A stretch of 64,000 nucleotides of DNA from Welwitschia mirabilis (GCA_051453625.1 JBOZIK010000001.1:44061536-44125535); one strand, 5' to 3'; positions 11,090 through 26,250 are shown, counted from the stretch's first letter. Numbers and translations: made by a program. Notes: generated by a model from the sequence alone, not told the origin.

Positions 11090-12129
11090 GTTATGAAAAA
11101 GATGAGCTACTAAATCCCATGACCTTAATGTCAAGGATATTCAACTAATCATGAAGTAACTCAGATCTACTTTTGTCTAATGCCTTTGTAAAAATGTTTG
11201 CAAACTGTGCATTTGATGGATAATACTATACTGAAATCAATCCATCCTTCACTTTTACATGAACGAACTAGTACCTCATATCAGTATGTTTTGTACATGC
11301 ATGTAGAACTAGACTTGTGGTAATAGCAATAGTTGATTAGCTATTACAATGAAGTGTAATTAGATCACATACTATAATAGTAAACTCAATAAATAACCAT
11401 TTAATCCACACAATCCATTAATAGGGTAAATAAACTGTTATGTACTCTGCTTTAATTATGGAAAGTGTCATACTTGATTGCTTTTTACTACATCAAAAGA
11501 ACAAACAATCACCAAGAAGCATTGCATAACCTATAGTGCTCTTTCTATCATCAAGATAACCTATTCAATCTACATCCACAAATTCTTCTAATTATATATT
11601 ATTACTAGATTTATAAAATAATCCATGATGTAATGTGCCTTTCACATATTTTAATATTCTTTTGATTACTAAAAGATGTGCATGTTTAGGGGCATTCATG
11701 AATCGAGAAGCAACACTAAGAGCAAATTGAATATCTAGTTGAGTAGTAGTTAGACATATTAAACTTTTAATCATAAAATGATATAAATAATCTTTAATAA
11801 AAATGATTATCCATGTCTCTAGTTAATTTTATATTGGTATCCATTGGATTAGAGATAGTTTACAATTATGCATTTCAAACTTTTAAAGCATGTCATGTTT
11901 AAATTTGAACTAGTTTAAGAAGATCCCATTAGGGAGTTGGTGAATTTTAATTCCAAGATAATAAAACAGCAAGCCAAGATCGATCATTTTGAATTCATAT
12001 TTCATATCATCATGAAATTGTCAAACCAAAGAATTATGTGTTCCTTCAAAGATAATTTCATCATTATAAATCAATATAAATAACATATGATGATTGATTA
12101 TTTTCTATATAAAGTAGTTTCAAAGGAAT
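11090..12129 (-). pseudogene. Copia RT C-terminal part and RNase H, decayed
   Basis: Motifs FKMIDLGLLFYYLGI, SLICLTTTQLDIQFALSVASRFM..P...H....KRILKYVKGT, TKHTDMRY and QFANIFTKAL. Confidence 0.92.
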
Positions 12130-12134
12130 ATTTT

Positions 12135-14644
12135 TTAATTTTCATCTTTTCATAACTTAAAGCTTTAAATGTTTCTCTAATACCAAAATGTAACATCTTA
12201 AATCTACATCTCAAAAATATTTAACTTGTAATAAATGAGCTAAAAGATAAAATTTACACCATTAGGACTTAAACCCTTAACTCCTTGTTTAATAGTAACT
12301 TATCTTAACCATCTAAGCTAAGTGTACACATAAAATTATTTTCATTATAAAGCATAAATAATCTATGGCCTTAATTACAAGTTATTATAATTTAACATGT
12401 TATAACTCAAGTTATGTTTCACAATTAAATAGCCTATAAAGCACAATTATAGATTTACTTCTTAAAATAACTTTTAGCAAGGAAGAGAAAACAACTTAAA
12501 ACTCTCATAATTTTCTTCAACAAAAGGCACATAAGTACATAAATCATAAATCTATAAATAATTCTTAATGTCAAATAAAATTGAGTTTTATAAATAACAT
12601 CATGTCAATAAATATTATAAGTTACTAGGACATCCAAGGTTCTTCAATTTTAACTATTATATATATATATCAAGTAAGGAACAACATGTAGGGGAAACTC
12701 AAATATTGTTACAACCACTAGCTCTTTCTAGCATCTTCATTTACACCGAGTCCTGCACATGCAAGTATGATGTGAGAACTATAACCTTCACATTTCTTAG
12801 TATGACGCATGGCAATGAATAGATAGGTATAGGATTTCTAAGTATAAAGTAAATAATTACAAGAATATCCAAGATGTACTACTAAAATAATCCAAAATGT
12901 ATTATCAAAAAAATCTGAGATGCATGACCTAAAAAATCCAAGATGTATAGTTAGAGTAATCTAAGAGTGTAATACCAAAATAATCTAAGAATTTCCCAGG
13001 ACTTTATTTTCATATTATCTTTTTTACTATTGATCTATAAAAATTTAAGTAATCTAGTTGCACACAATTAAGAGGGTTAAAATTATCATATTTGTGTACC
13101 TTTTTTTTCTTTTCTTTCTGGAGGCTCAGTTCTAATACCTTAGGACTCATACCATAGAGTATCACTCTCTGATGTTTGAATAATTGATTACCCTGGCCAG
13201 TTTTAATTCTTTTATTTAACAATATTAAATCATGGTCAATGGTTATTACAAGTCATATATAGATAATCCACAACAAGCTTGTCAACAAGGCTTAATCCAA
13301 ATTAGAGTTAACAAGATAGGTAAAGGTTTTGTGATGTATAAAACCCTAAGAAACTAAGATACAGAGGTTCATAATAAGAGGAATACTTGCAAACTCTAAA
13401 AATGATTTACAAGATACTAATGAAAGCTTTATGAAATATTTAAATCGTGCAAGTATTATAAGAAAAATTTGGAACCATGTAAGAAATAAAAAGAATATGC
13501 TAGAATTATACAATAATTAAATAAATTATTCTAGATCCATTCCCAAAATTGGACGAAGACTTTAAGTCTTTCAAGACTCTAATGCTTTTTATGCTTCAAG
13601 TTTTGAAATCACCAAGATTCAATAATAGAATATTTCTCAAAGATATGAAAATAAGAGTAGAAGTCAGTCCTATTCATAGCAAGAGGATGTAGAAATGTGA
13701 AGAGAGATGAAGACATTAAGAGGCATTATCAAGAAAAGAAGATGGTAAGGATTCTATAACCCTTAATCATTACCTTGTTTAGCCACTAGATGTATTAATA
13801 TTTCATCATAATAATAAATAATAAATGTTCAACATCCCACTACTACAATTATTATGATAATAAATTAAGATAAGCCACTTAGCAAGTAATTCCAATANNN
13901 NNNNNNNNNNNNNNNNNNNNNNNNNNNNNTGTTAAATAATAGAAATTGCAACATCATAATTATGAGTGTTACTTCGCATACACGACTAAGATAAAATATT
14001 AAAATAAACTAGCATAATGCATTCTAATAATTATAGCAATTAAAAGAGTAATTTACATGCAATAAAATAACAAAATAAGAAAATATAGTAATCATAATAC
14101 ATTAATGCAACAATTTCAAAAAAGAAAATAAAATAATATAACCACTAATTTAGTGACTAATTTAGTCACTAATTCAGCCACTAATTTCGCCACCAATTTA
14201 GTTACTAATTTAACCAAGGGGTTACTATAAAAATAATATTATTATATATGCTTGTTACAAAAAAGAAAAAACTTAAAATAATAATTATAGCATGAAAAAT
14301 TATTACAAACTAATCACATCTCAATAATAAAATAATAAATAGAGAATAAATAAAGAGTACAGTAATTAAATTAGCTTAATGGACTCCATAATAATAAAGT
14401 TTTGGCACATCCCAAGAAATTTATGAACATTATGCAATTCAAAAAAATAGAATGGAAAAAATATCTAATACATACATTTGAACAACTGTAGGCTATATTC
14501 TTTTTAATCGAGAAATTGAAAAAGCTTTTCTATCTTTTTCAAAGCTTTTGGAATCCCCTCAAATAAACCCAGTTTATTTTTAATTTATCTTTTACTTAAC
14601 TAATTAGGCTAAATATTTGGACCTTTAAAAATCTAGAGATGACA
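12135..14644 (-). repeat. 3' LTR of element B
   Basis: Colinear with 20678-22958. Contains a ~23-bp tandem array (about 12860-12990) and a 12-bp CCACTAATTTAG array (about 14142-14212). Confidence 0.88.
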
Positions 14645-14714
14645 TTTCTCCACCCCTTAAAAAGTTTCATCCTTGAAACTTGAAAAAAAAAAATCTTAGT
14701 TCTTTACCATGATA

Positions 14715-14920
14715 CATTTATTTTATATTTTCAAGTAGCTTCTGTTTTTGTCTCTCTTAATTGTTATACTTTATAAAGTTGAATTTATCTTCCTTTGAGT
14801 ATAGCTTTCTCTTGAATTAAAATTTTAATTGGTTAAACTTCAAATGTGCAGCTTAGTTCAATATCCACTTCTTAACTATCTCATTACAAATATCAAATTT
14901 ATATCTTTGGAACTTAATGC
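14715..14920 (-). pseudogene. Integrase C-terminal chromodomain remnant of element B
   Basis: EVDIELSCTFEV*PIKILIQEKAILKGR*IQLYKV*QLRETKTEAT* resembles Tekay ...LTYEEEPVRILDRKEKVLRNKVIPLVKVLW....EEATWE and lies just before the PPT. Confidence 0.65.
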
Positions 14921-17900
14921 AAAACCCATCTCTAAAGAACTTCAAAATGACTTGCTATAAGAAAATAACTTAAAATGATAAATAATATTTGGTTAAATAA
15001 ATCTTCCTTTAATGCCATGTAAATTATTAAATAAGGTGAAATTTTACCCATAAAACTTGTTAATCAATGATATTATTAATCATGATAAGTATAATACTAA
15101 TCACCCTTTGTGTTTGGAATGTTTAAGCCTCTACAAATTTTCTTCCTATTTTGTTATCACACTTTGTTGTTAATTGGCTTTTCTACTCTAATTGATAGTA
15201 GTGGAGGATGGTCCTCACATGAACACATGGCTTCTACAGCAAAAACATTGTACATACTTCTATACAAGTTATCTCACATTGTTTTGTTAATAATTGAAGC
15301 CAAATCTTCTTTCACTTTTCTTTTACTAAGATGGATAAGTGTTCTAATAGATCTAATGATAAATTATTTAATAATTTTAAAATCTATGCTAATTTCCACA
15401 TCCAAGAGCATTTCACCACCTAAATCATTTCATCAATTACAACTTCAAGAAGGCCTTACAAAGATGGGTTTGAAGACTTTTTCCACAAATAATATAAATA
15501 CTCCATTCCTTTACCTATTACTTTCCTATATATGCATTATACTCAAGTGGATAAACCTATATCTTATAAGTTCATACTTCCATTCCAACAAAAATGGAAA
15601 ACAAGATTCTATGAATACCAAGAATGAATAATCTAAAAATTATTTTTAATTAAAATGGGAATATCCAGTCAAAAAATAAATTTCCAAAATACATACTTTA
15701 GAAAAATATGGACATATTCCATACCAATTAAGATCTAACATGAAAGATATACAAGAATATAGAGAAAGAAAAACTTATTAATAATAATTAATAATCTTAA
15801 AACCTTAATACTAGAGGACATTGAAAAATATGATGAATGCAAACCAAGATCATGTTCATGGCTGATATTCTATAACGAAGCAAATGATAAAAAGGAACAA
15901 AATACCAATGGTTATCCTTCTCTTCATCTTCGAAGGCTTGATAGTATAAGAGAACTTTAAGGGAAGCACATTGCTATATCTTGTTTATAAGATTAACTAG
16001 AAAAGATGTGCTTTCTCTTTTTCAAGATACCTTTCAGCATATTCAAATCCAGATATAAAATAACCTAAGGAAAAATTCAAAAATTATTTTACTAAGAAAT
16101 ATAAAATTTTTTATCTTGAACTCTCACATAATCAAATATGAAAATATGGATTTCAAGAAAATATAAAATATTATTAAAATACTATATAATGTGTATTATA
16201 CAAGGCATGCTAAATATGGTGCATATTTAATGAATAATATTATGAAATATGTTGTGGAATTAGAATGGGTATGATGGATTAATAAGAGAATCAAATGAGA
16301 TAAGAGTTAACACTAATAATATTGATAGGAACCAAGGTTTAACTATCAAGCNNNNNNNNNNNNNNNNNNNNNNNNNNNNNNNNNNNNNNNNNNNNNNNNN
16401 NNNNNNNNNNNNNNNNNNNNNNNNNNNNNNNNNNNNNNNNNNNNNNNNNNNNNNNNNNNNNNNNNNNNNNNNNNNNNNNNNNNNNNNNNNNNNNNNNNNN
16501 NNNNNNNNNNNNNNNNNNNNNNNNNNNNNNNNNNNNNNNNNNNNNNNNNNNNNNNNNNNNNNNNNNNNNNNNNNNNNNNNNNNNNNNNNNNNNNNNNNNN
16601 NNNNNNNNNNNNNNNNNNNNNNNNNNNNNNNNNNNNNNNNNNNNNNNNNNNNNNNNNNNNNNNNNNNNNNNNNNNNNNNNNNNNNNNNNNNNNNNNNNNN
16701 NNNNNNNNNNNNNNNNNNNNNNNNNNNNNNNNNNNNNNNNNNNNNNNNNNNNNNNNNNTTAACACTAATAATATTGATAGGAACCAAGGTTTAACTATCA
16801 AGCATCAAGGCCCATTAATAGCAAGAATACATAGAGATATATTCAAGATATGTGACCTTTAATCCTACTTTCATGATTATTAATATCTTCTCCTCCTATT
16901 TGGAACTTAAGAATCCTAAATATGAGATTTAATAATCTCAAAATGTAATAACCATTGAATTTCATTTCTTACTTTTCATAATACAATGACTATAATCAAT
17001 ATAAATAATAAAATAAGATGCTATACAAAACGTAAATGAAGCAATTACAAAGGATCAAAAAAATAAATCAAGAATTAGTAAAATCATGTTTTTCAATTCA
17101 GGAATCTAAAGAATTAAATAACCTAGTTATACTGATTCAATGATGCATTTCTAAGATGATTGTAAAAGAAAACAAGCTCTAAAATATGAGGAGGACATGT
17201 AATGAAAATCACATATATAACTATTAAAATAAGTTTGACAAACTGATACATGTTATTTAGTAAAAGAGCCTCCTAAAAAAAAGAAAAAGAAAAAGAAAAA
17301 CATAACTGTAAGCAACAATAAGACATTGAAATATTCATAAAATACACTACCATCTAGAGTCTTTCTAAATAAACATAAATATTTATTTATAGAATTCTAG
17401 ACATTAAATCTTTAGAAGAAATAATTAAATCATTTTTAAGTTTAGAATTTTATTTTAAATTGATATTTTTTAAAGGAAATGCAATAGAATTCTATGAGAG
17501 ATGAGGAAGTCAATTACCTAATTCCCTTATACTTTTAATTAAAGATCACATAATGCAAGGGCCATGATATAGAGTCAAAATATACTAGGCAATGTACCAT
17601 ATAAACCAATAAGAATGACAATGAAAGTCATTTCCATTTTATGGAATTCTTAGTTAGGATTCTAGTAAATGTTGTAAAGTAAATTTGTGTTTGAATCAAT
17701 AGGAATTGTAAGATGGAGAAGCCATATATGATTTGAACAAGGGTACATACTTCTATAATCATAACATTAATTATCTTTACATTGAATCATAACTACAACA
17801 TCAGAATGTCAAAAATTTGACTACCCTACAGTGCCAGAGTAATCATTACCCTTTCTCTCTTAAATAGATCAATGGTTTTCTAATCAGTAATAAGTCAGTT

Positions 17901-20677
17901 TCAACATAGAAGTTTCAAACAGATGCTTGGAATACAAATCTATCTTGAAATTGAATGCAAGTTGAAGTAAAAAGGAATCATGTAAAATCAAATACATTAG
18001 CATTATATGCTTATTTAAGGCATAACATGCTCATATAAAGCTTACTAACTGGGAACCTTTAACATCGTGGAAAAAGGCATCTTGTACTACTATGCTTTCT
18101 TGAGCTTGGCTGAAAGACTCTTCTAATGATTAGGAAATGTTACAATCCTAATCATTTAATTAGAGATTTAATTTACATTTAATATTTTTCATCCCATTAA
18201 AATATCCACATGTATAGAATAATCACAGAATTCTTGGTAAAGAATTAAACTTTAGTTCATGCTACTTTATTAAGCCTTGTATAGTGACAGTTCAATACAT
18301 ACTTCAGGATAAACCTATTAAAGTATTGTAAGGAATCTGCAATAAATTTATAATAATAAAAACTGATGTTTCTACTATTTTCTAATTAATCTACCTAGTC
18401 ATATTCAACATTTCAATGATATGAGATTTTCATTACATATTTCTCTTAAATCCTTGAGTTAAGAGCTTATAATAGTGTTGTACTTAAGAATAAAATAATT
18501 CTTTTCTTTACATCCTATAAATGGTTTTGAATGCACATGAAATTTCCAAAGGTTTCATGATCTCCATTCCTGATGATATGTTTCTATGAAAAACATCAAT
18601 GATAACATTTTACTATCTTCTTCCAACAACATTACTTAGCTTATTACTTCTCTTTTTACTTCCCTTATTGTCATTACTTTAGACTCCTAATAGAATGTTG
18701 AATCTTTTAAAGGAAAGAACCATGGCAAGGGGACAATAATGCAAGAGGACCCCAACATGTAAATCACAGTAACATGGGTCATAGAAGTGAGCTAGATGTT
18801 CAAAATTCTAAATAAAAAGTACCACTAAAATTGTAAACATTGAATACTATACCAACCCATTATTTTTCCTTTCTGTTTATTGTCTATGTTGTAGTATTTT
18901 ATTTCTTGAAAGATACAAGCTTACCGGTAACTCCATTGTAAAGCCTATTCTTGGCAAAATCAGTACCAGTCTGGTTTTACCACAAAGTCCATCAGAAGGT
19001 TGTAAGTTAGTACTTTTAATTAAAATGATCGATCAACACTAGGTTTTGGGGAAGCTCACTCATGTCTTATAGAGAAATAACTTTTCTAGGCATTGTGTGT
19101 TTTCTTTAAATCTTACTCTTATGTTTTTATATGATTTAAAGTATGTTGCTTAGATTTTCTTCTAATGTTTTAATAAAGTTCAATTGTAATTATATTGTAG
19201 AGATATTAGAAGTTATAAACCCTTATTCTATAGATAGTTATAGGTTGGTACATGCTTGGAAGAACTAGTAAAGGAGAATATTCAACTATTGTAAATAGAG
19301 GATATAAAGAAGCAAGAAAAAAAAGGAGTTTTTTATTGATATCAAAAATGGTAGACTTCTATTAACCACCAAAAACAAATGCAATATTTGATGCTACAAT
19401 TAAATAGCATTGTGTGGTCTATTTTTTCCAAGAATTATTAACATCCTTGATTAAGATGTTTTATCATACTTTAGCACTTATTAATTATCTTGGTTAAAGT
19501 CTTAAAGACTAGTTGTTACAAAGATGTAGAAATGGTGTAGTGAATTGATTCGAGGTGAGCAAAGCAGTAGCACCAAAGTCGATTCCAACCATGCTCAATG
19601 GATTTTCACTAGACATTAATATTATCATATCATTCCTTGATAATATAGAAGAAAAATATCTTCTTAACATGTCTAAATTAGAATCATAAAATTTGTAACT
19701 TGGATATCCATATTGCAAGGCATCTCCTCTAAATGAATAACTCAAATTCTGACACCATGAAGAAATCATAGATGTCTTGCAAGATCTTACTTCCTCATAC
19801 AATGCAGACTTGTAAGTGAAAGGTTCTATTGTGTGGAGCTGAAAAGTTAGTATTTCATATACCTATATCTCTATCTATCTATTATTTCTTTATATGTGTT
19901 TTAGAATTGCTAAAATCCTAACTTCTCTTCTAGCTTGAAGCTTGCTACTAGTTGTCATAATGATGAGAATATGAGGATTTCTTATAGCTCAAAACTTAAG
20001 TCCTTCATGTATTCATTCAATCTAGTGCAAGAGATTTTAGGAATTGCTAATGCATTTTAAGACCAAATTAATCCCTTATTTCACTTGAAAGTTCTATGAA
20101 ATATAGCCAAGATTCTTCTAATCATTATTAATTTCAAAAACTCATATACCTTTCTATAATCTTAACAAAATCCTAATTATGTTCCCTTTTAATTTCTTAC
20201 ATTTATTGTTCTTTTGATTCTATTAAAGAGCATGTAGCATATAAAATATAAGAAATGCTATATTAATGAGTATTAAGCAATGCCTAAAAGGATATACTAG
20301 AATATTTCAAATACCACAATGTTAATACTTGAATTATATATCACTCACTCTCTTAGATGTTCTTGCACTCATAAAATTCCTTCATATAGCGTCATCAGAG
20401 TAGTGTTACATGTAAATAATACCTTTTAATCCATCATATTATTTTAGTAGATTAACATAATCATCACATCATTAGTTGCCATTTGGAACTTATAATTATT
20501 ATGACATATTAATATATATTTCTAGGTTCATTATGCTTCGGCTTTTTCCTTCATAACATATGCCCATTACGCAATTATGCCTAATGAAACCATAACCTAG
20601 GCTCTAATGTTAAAATGTATAATGGCTTCACAACCATTATTCCTAGTGAAATCAAAACTTAGACTCTAATACCAAAA

Positions 20678-22958
20678 TGTAATATCCATCTCTTCACAAC
20701 CTAAAGCTTCAAATGTTACTCTGATACTAAAATGTAACACCCTGAATCTACATCTCAAAAATCTTAAACTTGTAACAAATAAGCCCAACAATAAAATTTA
20801 CACTATCAAGACTTGAACTTTTAACCTCTTGTTTAATAGTAACTTATGTTAACCATCTAAGCTAAGTGTACACATAGATTTATTTTCATGGTAAAGCATA
20901 AATACTTTGTTGTCTTAAGTATAAGTTATTATAATTTATCATGTTATACCTTAAGTTATGTTTCATAATTAAATATCCTATAAAGCACAATTATAGATTT
21001 ACTTTTTAAAATAGCTTTTAGAAAGTAAGAGAAAGTAACTTAAAACTTTCATCATTTTCCTCAACAAAAGACATGTAAGTATATTACTCATAAATTTGTA
21101 AACAATTCTTACTACTAGATAAACTTGACCTTCATAAATAACATCGTGTTAATAAATATTACAAATTACTATGACATCCAAGGTCCTTCAATTTTAAGTA
21201 CCACATGCATCAAATAAAGAATAACATGAAGGTGAAACTAAACTCTTATTACAACCACTAGTTTTCATCATCTTCAATTGCAACAAGTCCTGCACATGCA
21301 AGTATGATGTAAGAAATATAACCTTCATAGTTCCCAGTATGGCCCACAGTAAGGAATAGATAGGTATAGAATTCCTAAGCATAAGGTAAGAAATTACAAG
21401 AATATTTAATTTATATTATCAAAATAAGTTAAGACATATTGCCAAAACAATCTAAGATGCATTGCCAAAACAATCCAAGATGTATAGTCAAAATAATCCA
21501 AGAGTGCAATGTCAAAATAATCCAAGAAGTGATCAAATTCTCATTTTCATATTATCTTCTCTACTATTGATCCATAACAATTTAAGTAATTTAGTTACAT
21601 ACAACTAGGAGGGACAACATCATCATATTTGTGCATATTGTTTTCCTTTTCTTCCTAGAGGTTAGGTCTTGCTACTTGGTACTCATAATAGAGAGTATCA
21701 TTCTCTAAGATTTAAACAACTAGTTACCCTAGCTAGTTTTAATTCTTTTATTTAACAATCTGAAGTCATGACCAATGGTCATCATAAGTCATATACAGAT
21801 AATCCATGATAATCTTGTTAACAAGTCTTAATCCAAATTGGGGTTAACACAATGGGTAAAGGTTTTATGATGTATAAGATTCTAAAAAACTAAGACAAAA
21901 TAGGTTTACAATAAGAACAAGACTTACAATCTCTAAAAACAATTTGTAAGATAATAATGAAAGCTTTATGAAATACTTAAATCATGCAAGTATTACGAGA
22001 CAAATTTGGAACCATGAAGAAATAAAAAAATATATGCTAAGATCATATAAGAATTGAAGAAATTATGCTAGGGACATACTCAAAATTAGATGAAGACATC
22101 AAGACTTTCAACACTTCAATGCTTTACAAGCTCCAAGTTTTTAAATCAACAAGGTTCAATAACATAATATTCCTTAAAGATATGAAAATAAGAGGAGAAA
22201 AAAGTCCTATTTATCATAAGAGGATTAAAGGATGTGAAGAGACACGAGAGTATGAAAAGACACCATTATGAAACGAATATGGTAAGAACTCCATAATCAT
22301 TATCTTGTCTGGGTGCATTAATATTTCATTATAACAATAAATAATAAATGTTCAGCATTTTGCTACTTGCAATTATTACAATAAGGAATTAAGATAAGCC
22401 ACTTAGTAAGTACTTCCAATAGCCATATAAAAATTATTTTTCATAATCTATAAATATTAAATAATAGAAAATGCAACATCATAATTAAATAATAGAAAGT
22501 GAAACATCATAATTATGGGCATTACTTAGCATGAACTACTAAAATAAAATATTAACATAAACTAACATAATGCATTCTAATAATTATAACCATTACAAGA
22601 ATAATTTTCATGTAATAAAATAAGAAAGTATACTAATCATAGGATATTAATGAAATAATTATAAAAAAGGAAATAGAATAATATAACTACTAATTTGATC
22701 ACTAATTTAGGTAAGGAGTTACTACAAAAATAATATCATTAATTATGTCAATTATAAGAAAAAAATCTAAAATAATAATTGTAGCACAACAAATTTTAAA
22801 AAGCAGATACATCTCAATAATAAGATAATAAATAGGGAATAAATAAAGAATATAATAATTAAATTAGCTTAGTGACCTGCATAACAATAAATTTATTTTA
22901 ATTTATTACTTAAATAATTAGGCTAAATTTGTGGACCTTTAAAGATCTAGATGTGACA
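20678..22958 (-). repeat. 5' LTR of element B
   Basis: TGTCACATC...TATTACA on the minus strand, followed by TTT and TGGTATTAGAGT. Confidence 0.88.
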
Positions 22959-25900
22959 ATTTTTTATAAGATTAATTTTTTAAATATGTATCAAGACATG
23001 CAAACCATGCTCTAGGGGCTTGTTTTAATTCATAAAGTGCCTTCCAAAGTTAATAAATGCTCTTTTTTTACCCTAGATTTTGAAACCCTTTAGTGGATTA
23101 ATGTATACCTCTTCATCTAAGTAGCCATTTAGAAATGCTAATTTAACATCCATTTGTCAAACCTTCATATGAATTTTACACGCATATTCTAAAAAGGCTT
23201 GAATAGATTCTAAATGTATTACTGATGCATATGTTTTTCCATAATCAACTCCTACCTCTTGTGCATAATCCTTAATAAAAATTCTTACTTTATGTTTGTT
23301 AATTATGTTATCAAGATTGTACTTTATATGAAAGATCCAGTTTGTTCCAATTAAATGTTTATTAAAAGGTAGTTTTACTAATTTTCATCTATTATGATTT
23401 TTTATTTGACTAAATTCCTCTTTCATTACCTTTATCCAATGAACAAAAGAAGCAACATTTTATATTTAATTAGATCAATAGAAGCATTTAAGGAGATAGA
23501 TTTAGCACACAAGTTTATTTCATTATTGTTCTCACGGAGTTCATCTAAAGATGTGATGTTTTCATTTTTCCTTTGATTTTTCAGATTTTATAGTTGTTTT
23601 CTAGTTTTAACTCTTGTAGGTAGAGGTTCATGAATGTTGCTTTAATCATGTGATTTTAAAATTCTTGAGCCTTTCTTAGGTGTGGTTATACTAGATGATG
23701 TGCTAGTTATTATTTCATTTTTAGAATCACTGCTAAAGTCATCATTACTTTACATTGGATGAATTTGATTTTCTAAGAAATGCACATTACAATTTTTAAT
23801 TATTTTTCTATCACTCAATCTAAAACATATATATGCCTTGCTAATGGATGAGTATCTAATAATACATTCATCTAATTTAACATTTAATTTATCATTTATA
23901 GGTTTAACATTTTTAACATATCATTTTAACCCAAAAATTTTAAGATGTGCTACATTAGGATTTTTTCCAATTTTTATAAGGAGTTAAATCAACTAAATGC
24001 TTTATGATTTAAGATTTTGTAGATAGTTGTGGCATTTATTGCTTTTGTCCAAAATTCATTTTCTAAGTTAGCTTCAAGAAATAATGTTCTTATCATGTCA
24101 AGTGATGATCAATTCTTATGCTCAGTTATCCCATTTTGTTGTGGTGTATAGGCAATTATTTATTGATGTATAATACCATTTTTAACTAGGTATTGTGTGA
24201 GTTCTCTAGAAAAAACACTCCAAATCTATCGGTGCATAGATTTTTTATATTCTTGCTTGTTTATTTTTTAGTCCATGCTTTGTATCTTTTAAAGTATTCA
24301 AATGCTAGAAATTTAAATTTTAGAAAATAAATTACACATAAGTATGAACAGTCGTCAATGAAGTTATAAACTATTAACTTTCATTAAAAATAAGTGTATG
24401 CATGGAATCACAAATATCTACATGTATAAGTGAAAGTTTTTGTGATATATGTTCTATAGATGGAAAGGATTTTCTAGCTTACGTTTCTTTTATACATGTT
24501 TCATAGCTATCTATTTTTTCGATTCTCAAATGTGGTAACTTCCTTCTTGAACTTTTTCTTTAACATCATTTCAATTTATATTAAGGATGCATGTCCTAAT
24601 CTTTTATTCCATAACTAAAAATCATTTATGTTTCAAATTAATGTAGGTTTAAAGTTCATCTTGTAAATATTATTTGATGTTCCCTTAACTTCTAATGTTG
24701 AACCATCCTTTTTTAAGATGCACTTTCCTTCCATAAATTTCATCTCAAATCCTTTACATTCTAATTAATCAAGGCTAATCAAGTTGTATTTTAATCTTAG
24801 TACATAGATGACATCATCAATAGTGATTTTATTTTCCCTTTCATCCTTAATGATGATGGTTCAGTTTTCACTAATATTGACAATTCCATCTCCTTCAAAT
24901 CTTATTGGAGCTCCTTTAAAATTTTTAGATGATTGAGAAAAGTTCTTTTAATATGTCATATGATGTGAACAACCATTATCTAAATATCATAAGTTATCAT
25001 TTGTGGCTAAAAATATGAATGGTTTTAACTCTTTCTATCTTTCTCAATAATTGTAACAAATGACAAGTGATCTTGTTCTTGTTGTGATGTTTTATCTTAC
25101 TTCTTATTATCCTCCTATTGATTATTTACTATAAAATCATTCATTGGCATTTCATAATCTCTCATTAATGATTTATAAATTTTCCATGGGTGTTCTATTT
25201 TTTGACAGTAGTGACATACTAGTGACTTATTATAGCCTTATTATGTAGTCCATTGGTTTTGATTATATATGTTTATGTGTGTAAATTTCCCCTTCCTCTT
25301 GTGTTTTAAAATCCTCTACCTCTCACGTTCTGTTGCTATAAATTATTTTAGTTAAGATGCTACCCACTTCCTTGATTATTTAATTGGAAGTGTGATGGAT
25401 TTCTTCCTCTACCTCTTCCTCTAAAATTCATACCTCTAAAGGTTATTCCTCTTTATTATGTGTTTTGAAGCTTCCTATTTGCTATATTGGCTCCCTCTAA
25501 AGTTAACTGCTCTTTACTTGTAACAAGTACCCTAAGATCTTTCTTTTATTTCTCCATTAATCTTAATTCATATTACACTAGTATACTTGTTAACTCATCA
25601 ACTGTAAGAGTGCTTAAATCCATAAAGTTTTCTATTATGACTGCAATTTGGTCATTAGTTTGTGTTTAAGATTCTTCAAACTTTTAACACCTTTNNNNNN
25701 NNNNNNNNNNNNNNNNNNNNNNNNNNNNNNNNNNNNNNNNNNNNNNNNNNNNNNNNNNNNNNNNNNNNNNNNNNNNNNNNNNNNNNNNNNNNNNCACCTT
25801 TTTCTTTTCTGAAACTGTTTGTCCTTGTTCCTCAATTTATTTTGTAATGTCTTGAATTTGTTGTTTGTATTCTTATATTCCCTCATTTTCTTTCATTTTG

Positions 25901-26250
25901 ATTTTTTTAAATTATGCCCTCCAATATTAAAGTTTTACTTTCCTTACCTTGGTTTAATTCTTATAAATAATATCTAAGTCATTTCAAAGTTTAAGCCCAC
26001 TATTATAGTGTTGAATCTTTTTGAATTCTGAGTTTAGCATGCTTGTGTGAATGATTATCATTAGTTTACTATCATCAACCTCTGCTCTATTGTAATCCTT
26101 TTTATCCTTATCTGTGATTGGAAGTGGAATTAGTTCAAAATCTATTTGCATTTTGTTCCACAATTCTTGTTATTTAAGATACCTTTCCATTCTAGCCTTC
26201 CAAATGTCATAGTTTTTTAGATTGAAATCTAGCATCATTCCCTTTTCCAT
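22959..26250 (-). pseudogene. Copia gag-protease-integrase-RT (N-terminal part), decayed
   Basis: gag MEKGMMLDFNLKNYDIWKARMERYLK*QELW; protease YLDNGCSHHMT (about 24960-24990); integrase TFIDD and AYTPQQNGITEHKN (about 24115-24155); RT DVKLAFLNGYLDEEVY and LYELKQAPRAWF. Many stops and frameshifts. Confidence 0.93.

Larger units (their letters stand above)
12135..22958 (-). mobile_element. Tekay/chromovirus-like Ty3/gypsy element B nested in the copia RT, probably non-autonomous
   Basis: LTRs about 12135-14644 and 20678-22958. TSD ATTTT (12130-12134, 22959-22963). Removing the insert restores the copia RT frame (DTYLKN*SYKK|YSFETTLYRK). PPT motif GTTTCAAGGATGAAACTTTTTAAGGGGTGGAGAAA precedes TGTCA on the minus strand. 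PBS at 20663-20674. Confidence 0.9.

Noticed and set aside
15110-15631. 173-aa plus-strand ORF
   Set aside because: Non-ATG start, low-complexity hydrophobic translation of AT-rich TE interior, and no recognisable domain.
16308-16803. Identical ~45-bp sequences on both sides of N gaps (also 32990-33033/33679-33722 and about 58532-58585/58686-58739)
   Set aside because: Most likely overlapping contig ends left unmerged by scaffolding, not real duplications.
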